IMG/VR virus record: IMGVR_UViG_3300023284_000199
Coordinates: 1-63,323 of that record
DNA length: 63,323 nucleotides
Strand: one strand, 5' to 3'
Origin: a virus
Taxonomy: Duplodnaviria > Caudoviricetes
A model generated the notes under the pieces. The model saw only the letters and a list, made by a program, of their open reading frames with translations. It was not told the DNA's origin and searched no databases. This document shows, piece after piece, positions 47,634 through 52,423 of the stretch. The stretch's first letter is position 1, and each line of letters opens with the position of its first letter. The position numbers and the translations under genes were made by a program.

Positions 47634-48050
47634 ATGGGGCAACTGCTTAGTGATTTGAAAAGAGATGAAGGTTTTAGAGAATACGCATACCAAGACAGTG
47701 AAGGTTATTGGACCATAGGTTACGGTCGTTTAATTGACAAAGAGCTGGGTGGAAATATTTCTGAAACTGAAGGTTTTATTCTATTGGTCAATGACGTGGA
47801 TGAAGTTACCAATGAACTAGACCGAGTAACCCCTTGGTGGAGACAGCTACCTCCTGATGCCCAAAGAGGGTTTGCTAACATGGCTTTCAATTTAGGGTGG
47901 ACCCGCCTTTCAAAGTTTGTTAAAATGTTGGCCGCATTAGAAGATCATGATTTTGAACTAGCCGCAGACGAAGCATTAGATTCAAAATGGGCAGATCAAG
48001 TACACGAACGCGCTGACAGAATCGCTGATCTATATAGAGGATGTGCATGA
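47634..48050 (+). CDS. endolysin, GH24/T4-lysozyme family
   Basis: DEGFR..AY.DS.GYWTIGYGR catalytic E-D-T; NMAFNLG..RL..F.KMLAAL; DSKWA.QV..RA; GGAGG SD before ATG 47634. Confidence 0.92.
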   Translation: MGQLLSDLKRDEGFREYAYQDSEGYWTIGYGRLIDKELGGNISETEGFILLVNDVDEVTNELDRVTPWWRQLPPDAQRGFANMAFNLGWTRLSKFVKMLAALEDHDFELAADEALDSKWADQVHERADRIADLYRGCA

Positions 48051-48484
48051 TGTTGCGAAAATTAGGTTATTGTGTTGTGCTATTACTAGGTTTAAGTGCT
48101 TGTGGTGGAGTATCAAACGTAGGTGCTTTCCTTAAAAGTCCCGTAACGGGTGTAGTTAGCTCGGAAGAAGATAAGACCAAGCGAGAAAATTTTCGTTTGG
48201 TCACTCGTGAAGGTGCCGTGAATGCTCTAAACTTAGCTAATGATCACGGAGATATAATCGGGGCACAATGTTATCAAGGTATTATAGACTACATAGATAG
48301 TAAACCGGGAGTTGTAATCATAGAAAAACAACATGCTTTGGTTATATTTGAAAGAGGCCGACTTGGATTGAAACGTCTAAATGAAGGTATACCAAAACCT
48401 TTACTAATAGCCTGTGGTCCATTGTATGCTGACGCAAAAGCAGATATATCTAAGTTAGGTTTATTGCTCGGAGTCGCATTTTAA
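48047..48484 (+). CDS. lipoprotein, spanin candidate
   Basis: Lipobox LSA-C after a hydrophobic signal; follows the endolysin. Confidence 0.6.
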   Translation: MMLRKLGYCVVLLLGLSACGGVSNVGAFLKSPVTGVVSSEEDKTKRENFRLVTREGAVNALNLANDHGDIIGAQCYQGIIDYIDSKPGVVIIEKQHALVIFERGRLGLKRLNEGIPKPLLIACGPLYADAKADISKLGLLLGVAF

Positions 48485-48492
48485 AAAAGTCC

Positions 48493-48521
48493 TTGACATA
48501 CTAGGCACCAATCATTATATT
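48493..48521 (+). promoter_or_regulatory. sigma70 promoter of the tRNA cluster
   Basis: TTGACA-17nt-TATATT. Confidence 0.75.
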
Positions 48522-48529
48522 ACAAATAT

Positions 48530-48605
48530 GGGAGTATAGCCCAACGGCAGAGGCGGCAAGCTTAGACCTTGTACAGTGTAGGTTCGAATCCTATTACTCC
48601 TACCA
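48530..48605 (+). tRNA. tRNA-Leu(TAG), short variable loop
   Basis: Cloverleaf; loop CT-TAG-AC; TTCGAAT; encoded CCA. Confidence 0.88.
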
Positions 48606-48610
48606 ATTAT

Positions 48611-48686
48611 GGGGATATAGCCCAACGGCAGAGGCATCGGGTTTAAATTCCAATCAGTGTAGGTTCGACTCCTACTATCCCTACCA
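48611..48686 (+). tRNA. tRNA-Leu(TAA), short variable loop
   Basis: Paralog of the previous gene; loop TT-TAA-AT; CCA. Confidence 0.85.
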
Positions 48687-48692
48687 ATTAGA

Positions 48693-48950
48693 GTGTGTGA
48701 TATGGCATACTGTAGACAAATTGAAAGCGAGTGTGACGTTTACTGTTATGAAATGCGTGTAGACGGTAAATCAAAATGGATCACTCATTGGGTTGGATTT
48801 ACTGAAACTTTTTCAGACCCTAGTTTATATGAGTTTCGCCATCGTTTAAAAACAATCCGTTCATATGGATATCTAGTACCTGACAGAGTATTTGAACGGA
48901 TAGAAAGAGAAATGGCGGGACAAAAAAGGGAAAGTGTGGTGACAGAATGA
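48693..48950 (+). CDS. hypothetical protein within the tRNA cluster
   Basis: MAYCR...CDVYCYE..L...GY.VPDRVFERIE pattern. Confidence 0.6.
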   Translation: MCDMAYCRQIESECDVYCYEMRVDGKSKWITHWVGFTETFSDPSLYEFRHRLKTIRSYGYLVPDRVFERIEREMAGQKRESVVTE

Positions 48951-49138
48951 CTGCTATATGTCATGATTGTGCAATTGCGAAAGGAGCAAGAGAAATTAAA
49001 GGTCATGTATGTACTATGAGTATGGGCTTATGTACCTATTGCAAAGAAGAAAAAGTTATATCAGGTACAAATGATTATCAGTGGCCTTTATCTAATGGAA
49101 AAGGATTTCACCCTATATTTAAATGGGGTTGGGATTAA
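48947..49138 (+). CDS. small Cys-rich (zinc-binding-like) protein
   Basis: CHDC...C...CTYC; ATGA overlap. Confidence 0.6.
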   Translation: MTAICHDCAIAKGAREIKGHVCTMSMGLCTYCKEEKVISGTNDYQWPLSNGKGFHPIFKWGWD

Positions 49139-49142
49139 CTAA

Positions 49143-49216
49143 GAAGCGGTGGCCGATTGGCTAGGTGACAGATTGCAAATCTGTTTAAGTGGGTTCGATT
49201 CCCACCTGCTTTTCCA
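49143..49216 (+). tRNA. tRNA-Cys(GCA)
   Basis: Loop TT-GCA-AA; U73; CCA. Confidence 0.9.
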
Positions 49217-49217
49217 A

Positions 49218-49293
49218 GGATCGGTAGCTCAGAGGCCAGAGCAGAGGACTTTTAATCCTCGTGCCGTGAGTTCAAATCTCACTCGATCCTCCA
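49218..49293 (+). tRNA. tRNA-Lys(TTT)
   Basis: Loop CT-TTT-AA; CCA. Confidence 0.92.
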
Positions 49294-49297
49294 ATTA

Positions 49298-49373
49298 TCG
49301 ACGGTGTGGTGTAATGGCAGCACAAAAGACTGTGACTCTTTTAGTGTGGGTTCGAATCCCATCATCGCGACCA
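49298..49373 (+). tRNA. tRNA-His(GTG), no G-1, A73, bulged acceptor stem
   Basis: Loop CT-GTG-AC; CG[A]CGGTG/CATCGCG; CCA. Confidence 0.78.
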
Positions 49374-49409
49374 AAAATACTATGCAGTGAATAACAGGAA
49401 AGGAATGAA

Positions 49410-49692
49410 TATGGAAGCGCATGAAATAGATAAATATTTTCCTGACTGTGAAAGTCTAGAAAGTGTTGTAAACGAAATGTACACTAGGCTGTTGAAATAT
49501 ATATATATATGTCATGTGGTAAACTGTGAAGGAATTGATTTTCTAGAAATGCATATACATGATAGCGATCCTTTATTTACAGATTTAGAAAAAGAATTCA
49601 TGGAAATGGCTGGAAAAAATGCAGATTTATTAGCTAATAGATCATGGAAAAGAAAGAAGGCAAAGTTAAAAGTTAATCTTGGTGTAGCTTAA
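49410..49692 (+). CDS. hypothetical protein within the tRNA cluster
   Basis: ORF 49387-49692 in the track; AAGGA SD suggests a start around 49405-49411 (approximate); overlaps tRNA-Pro. Confidence 0.5.
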
Positions 49693-49751
49693 CGGCAAAG
49701 TGATGGACTTGGAATCCATAGACGAAGGTTCGACTCCTTCCACCTTGACCA
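49678..49751 (+). tRNA. tRNA-Pro(TGG)
   Basis: Loop CT-TGG-AA; two U-U pairs in the acceptor stem; CCA. Confidence 0.85.
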
Positions 49752-49771
49752 ATTTTTTTTTAATAAAGTGG

Positions 49772-49800
49772 TTGACAACGAAAGGCAGGATCACTATATT
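49772..49800 (+). promoter_or_regulatory. second sigma70 promoter in the tRNA cluster
   Basis: TTGACA-17nt-TATATT. Confidence 0.75.
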
Positions 49801-49805
49801 AAAGT

Positions 49806-49887
49806 TTCGGATGGGCGGTTGACCGTATCGCACTGGTCGGATAGTAAGGCCAGAATAAAATGGGTTTGATTCCCATATCCGTGACCA
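49806..49887 (+). ncRNA. tRNA-like RNA with expanded 9-nt anticodon loop
   Basis: CGGAT/ATCCG acceptor, GCG/CGC D-stem, CTGGTC-GGATAGTAA-GGCCAG, ATGGG-TTTGATT-CCCAT, ACCA end. Confidence 0.6.
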
Positions 49888-49896
49888 AGTTTTATG

Positions 49897-49970
49897 GGAC
49901 GATTATGCATTTGCTAATGCAGCGCCATATTGGGGCGTGAAAGTCGGTTGAATTCCGGCATTGTCCGACA
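49897..49970 (+). ncRNA. divergent tRNA-like RNA (loop AT-ATT-GG), no CCA
   Basis: GGACGAT/ATTGTCC, GCAT/ATGC, GCGCC/GGCGT, GTCGG-TTGAATT-CCGGC. Confidence 0.55.
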
Positions 49971-49975
49971 ATTTT

Positions 49976-50049
49976 GTGGGTGTAGTTCAAAGGCAGAGCA
50001 AGAGGTTTCCACCCTCTAAACGCGGGTTCGAATCCTGTCACCCATACCA
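49976..50049 (+). tRNA. tRNA-Gly(TCC)
   Basis: Loop TT-TCC-AC; A73; CCA. Confidence 0.88.
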
Positions 50050-50051
50050 AT

Positions 50052-50156
50052 ACGTGTAGTTGTTAGAATCTATGGGCCGTCACATTAGATGATGGATTAG
50101 GCCGAAGTGGTTAGCGATTCACTATAGATTTGGGCAAAGCAGTACCACATACACGT
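50052..50156 (+). ncRNA. candidate multi-stem structured RNA
   Basis: ACGTGTA/TACACGT closing stem, AATCTATG/TATAGATT inner stem, two terminal hairpins. Confidence 0.45.
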
Positions 50157-50158
50157 TT

Positions 50159-50235
50159 GCTGTAGGGGCCATAGCGGCAGAGGCACTGGATTGTCGATCC
50201 AGAGATAGCGGGTTCAAATCCTGTCTACAGCGCCA
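50159..50235 (+). tRNA. tRNA-Asp(GTC)
   Basis: Loop TT-GTC-GA; G73; CCA. Confidence 0.88.
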
Positions 50236-50240
50236 ATTTT

Positions 50241-50286
50241 GAAGCCTGTTATCATGGTACTTAGTGCGGTTAACAGGTTTCTTTTT
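50241..50286 (+). terminator. hairpin with U-tract (terminator or processing stem)
   Basis: GAAGCCTGTTA...TAACAGGTTTC followed by T5. Confidence 0.5.
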
Positions 50287-50287
50287 A

Positions 50288-50398
50288 GTGGAGGGTTTCT
50301 AGGCTGGTAGGAAGTCTATATAGGAAGACGGTTTTCGGAGGTGTCCTATGTCCTTGATAATCGTTTAGACTTTGGGTTCAATCCCCTAACTTTTCCGC
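50288..50398 (+). ncRNA. tRNA-like scaffold with a large, possibly pseudoknotted insert at the anticodon position
   Basis: GTGGAGGG/TTTTCCGC, D-like CTAGGCTGGTAG, AAGTCTA/TAGACTT stem, GGG-TTCAATC-CCC T-arm. Confidence 0.5.
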
Positions 50399-50410
50399 AT
50401 AAACTTTTAT

Positions 50411-50486
50411 TTCTAGGTAGCTAATTCGGCAAAGCGACTGGCTGTTAACCAGGGATATGTAGGTTCAAGTCCTACCCTAGAAGCCA
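50411..50486 (+). tRNA. tRNA-Asn(GTT)
   Basis: Loop CT-GTT-AA; G73; CCA. Confidence 0.9.
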
Positions 50487-50491
50487 ATTAT

Positions 50492-50543
50492 GGGGCGTAA
50501 ACTGGTAATTCTAGATTGTAGGTTCGATTCCTACTGCGCTCCC
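50492..50543 (+). ncRNA. anticodon-armless mini tRNA-like RNA with G3.U70
   Basis: GGGGCGTA/TGCGCTCC stem, D-loop-like AACTGGTAA, canonical T-arm GTAGG-TTCGATT-CCTAC, no anticodon arm. Confidence 0.6.
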
Positions 50544-50551
50544 TACGTTAC

Positions 50552-50642
50552 GGATAGACAAGCCAATGGGCGGTGGTCGTGGTTTTGAAAACCATTAGGA
50601 GTAATCAGTCTCGTGGGGGTTCGACTCCCTCTCTATCCGCCA
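50552..50642 (+). tRNA. tRNA-Ser(TGA)
   Basis: Loop TT-TGA-AA; long variable arm; G73; CCA. Confidence 0.88.
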
Positions 50643-50755
50643 ATTCGAAAGGAACTGAAATGGAATATCTATTTGGTATGTTATGCGTATTGGTTCTTTT
50701 AGGTTTAGGACCACCCATTTTACACAAACTCAATGTGTGGATTTGGAATGATTAA

Positions 50756-50829
50756 TCTGGTGTAGCTCAATGGCAGAGCAAGTGGCTGATGACCGCTGTA
50801 CGAGGGTTCGATTCCTTCTACCAGTACCA
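50756..50829 (+). tRNA. tRNA-Ile(GAT)
   Basis: Loop CT-GAT-GA; CCA. Confidence 0.87.
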
Positions 50830-50833
50830 AAAT

Positions 50834-50904
50834 GCCTGGGCGTGGTCGGGCGGAAGTCTCATAAGCTTCCTAGCTGAGTGGTTCAATTCCCTCTCTTGGC
50901 ACCA
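50834..50904 (+). tRNA. atypical tRNA(CAT) (Met-type) with reduced D-arm
   Basis: GGAAGT-CTCATAA-GCTTCC arm; bulged T-stem with GGTTCAATTCC; CCA. Confidence 0.6.
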
Positions 50905-50908
50905 ATTC

Positions 50909-50998
50909 GGATAGGCAAACCAATAGGCGGTGGTCGCTGTTTGCTAGACAGTTAGGAGTGTAAGTCTCGTGGGGGTTCGACTCCCTCTCTATCCGCCA
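50909..50998 (+). tRNA. tRNA-Ser(GCT)
   Basis: Paralog of Ser(TGA); loop TT-GCT-AG; long variable arm; CCA. Confidence 0.88.
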
Positions 50999-51066
50999 AG
51001 TTTTAATGTCCCATATGTGGGATAATGTTGCATTAAAGCATCATAAGGAGGTTAAATGTTGCTTTT

Positions 51067-51258
51067 ATGGTACATATAAGTAATGCAATGATTGACCGAA
51101 TCTATGAAATGTGGCATAGTATGTTACGATATTGTCACAGTGAAGAATTTGACCAGAAAATGTTTGGAACAATGGTCAGTAATTTTAACCATACCTACAA
51201 AAGATGCAGTGTAGGGGAACAAGGAGAATACCATAGGAGAATATCTTTGGGACTGTAG
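51067..51258 (+). CDS. hypothetical protein within the tRNA cluster
   Basis: 63 aa; AAGGAGG nearby; overlaps the tRNA-Ala 5' end. Confidence 0.4.
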   Translation: MVHISNAMIDRIYEMWHSMLRYCHSEEFDQKMFGTMVSNFNHTYKRCSVGEQGEYHRRISLGL

Positions 51259-51326
51259 CTCAATTTGGGAGAGCGTCTGCCTTGCAAGCAGAGGGTTGTG
51301 AGTTCGAGTCTCACCAGTATCCACCA
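51249..51326 (+). tRNA. tRNA-Ala(TGC), bulged acceptor stem
   Basis: Loop CT-TGC-AA; GGGACTG/CAGT[A]TCC retains G3.U70; CCA. Confidence 0.88.
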
Positions 51327-51331
51327 ATTAA

Positions 51332-51406
51332 CGACTCGTAGCTTAATGGGAAAGCCTGCCGCTCATAACGGTAAAGATGGGGGTTCAAGTCCCTTCGGGT
51401 CAACCA
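51332..51406 (+). tRNA. tRNA(CAT): fMet-like C1.A72 mismatch, or Ile2
   Basis: Loop CT-CAT-AA; lacks the three G-C anticodon-stem pairs of initiators; CCA. Confidence 0.85.
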
Positions 51407-51413
51407 AACATAT

Positions 51414-51488
51414 TCCGAGGTAGCTCAATGGTAGAGCGGCATGTTGAAGCCTTGCGCGTCGGTGGTTCGATTCCATCTCTCGGGACCA
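51414..51488 (+). tRNA. tRNA-Phe(GAA)
   Basis: Loop TT-GAA-GC; CCA. Confidence 0.87.
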
Positions 51489-51495
51489 ATTTAAT

Positions 51496-51572
51496 GCCTC
51501 ACGTAACTCAAATGGCAGAGTAGCTGTTTTGTAATCAGCAAGTTGTGGGTTCAAGTCCTACCGGGGGCACCA
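51496..51572 (+). tRNA. tRNA-Thr(TGT), bulged acceptor stem
   Basis: Loop TT-TGT-AA; GCCTC[A]CG/CGGGGGC; CCA. Confidence 0.87.
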
Positions 51573-51590
51573 ATAGAAAGGGATTAAATC

Positions 51591-51767
51591 GTGATTGAAG
51601 AATCATTAACAAGAAATTGTCCCTTTTGTGGCAGTAGTAATATAGGGAAAAGTTCAGTATTTAACGAATTCCGTTTTGTATGTCGTGTTTGTGACACACA
51701 CGGTCCCTTAATAGTAGGAGAACAAACGTGGGGAAAAGCAATTGATGCATGGAATAGTGGGGATTAG
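51591..51767 (+). CDS. Lar-family restriction-alleviation-like zinc protein (58 aa, below track cutoff)
   Basis: Read by hand: MIEESLTRNCPFCGS...VCRVCDTHGP...KAIDAWNSGD; AAGGGA SD. Confidence 0.65.
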   Translation: MIEESLTRNCPFCGSSNIGKSSVFNEFRFVCRVCDTHGPLIVGEQTWGKAIDAWNSGD

Positions 51768-51832
51768 CTCAGCGGTAGAGCCTCGGTGTTACATACCGGG
51801 TGTCATAGGTTCGAATCCTATATCTCCAACCA
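51758..51832 (+). tRNA. tRNA-Val(TAC)
   Basis: Loop GT-TAC-AT; CCA. Confidence 0.87.
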
Positions 51833-51835
51833 TTA

Positions 51836-51916
51836 CCGTAAGCTGAGTATTGGCGAACTCAGGAGGCTGTAACCCTCTGCAAAGCTGTGGTGGTTCGACT
51901 CCATCCTTACGGACCA
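51836..51916 (+). tRNA. tRNA-Tyr(GTA) with C1:G72
   Basis: CCGTAAG/CTTACGG; loop CT-GTA-AC; 10-nt variable region; A73; CCA. Confidence 0.85.
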
Positions 51917-51965
51917 AGTTACTTGAAAGCATGTTAAAGGAGTTAACTCGCTCTTAAAAGCATAT

Positions 51966-52043
51966 GTCACCGTCTTCTAATCGGTCTAGGAACCTTGATT
52001 TTCAATCAGGACAATGTGGGTTCGAATCCCATCGGTGATACCA
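51966..52043 (+). tRNA. tRNA-Glu(TTC)
   Basis: Loop TT-TTC-AA; CCA. Confidence 0.9.
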
Positions 52044-52049
52044 ATACAT

Positions 52050-52126
52050 ACCTCTGTGGCTCAAATGGACAGAGCGCGGGCCTACGAAGCCTGAGACTGT
52101 GGGTTCGATTCCTACCAGGGGTGCCA
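52050..52126 (+). tRNA. tRNA-Arg(ACG)
   Basis: Loop CT-ACG-AA; CCA. Confidence 0.9.
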
Positions 52127-52166
52127 ATTCAATACTAACTCTGCTATAGTTAGTATGCAATCTAAT

Positions 52167-52243
52167 GTGGGAGTGGTATAATCTGGCTATTACGTCAGTC
52201 TCCAAAACTGAAAATCTGGGTTCAAATCCTAGCTCCTGTGCCA
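52167..52243 (+). tRNA. tRNA-Trp(CCA)
   Basis: Loop CT-CCA-AA; G73; CCA. Confidence 0.88.
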
Positions 52244-52244
52244 A

Positions 52245-52415
52245 TTATCTTAAACCCGGAAGTTTCCCATCGTCTTCCCACTCTACATCTACGCTATTGT
52301 GATGTATTTTAATCACTCTAAACACTCTTCCTTTGTTCGGACCTTCATCAGTTTGTCTATATCTTTGACCAACTTGAAAGCTATCGGTCCATAATTTACC
52401 ATCACTTAATGTCAT
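52245..52415 (-). CDS. small hypothetical protein (56 aa)
   Basis: Read by hand: MTLSDGKLWTDSFQVGQRY...VDVEWEDDGKLPGLR; follows nrdJ. Confidence 0.5.
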   Translation of the reverse strand: MTLSDGKLWTDSFQVGQRYRQTDEGPNKGRVFRVIKIHHNSVDVEWEDDGKLPGLR

Positions 52416-52423
52416 AAAGTTCA

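Noticed and set aside
48530-50642. Suppressor tRNAs or stop-codon recoding (TAG, TAA and TGA in anticodon loops)
   Set aside because: These are anticodons reading CTA, TTA and TCA; long genes are intact in the standard code and end in all three stops
49149-52244. Track ORFs overlapping tRNA genes (49149, 50573, 51124, 51363, 52002)
   Set aside because: Spurious translations of tRNA sequence
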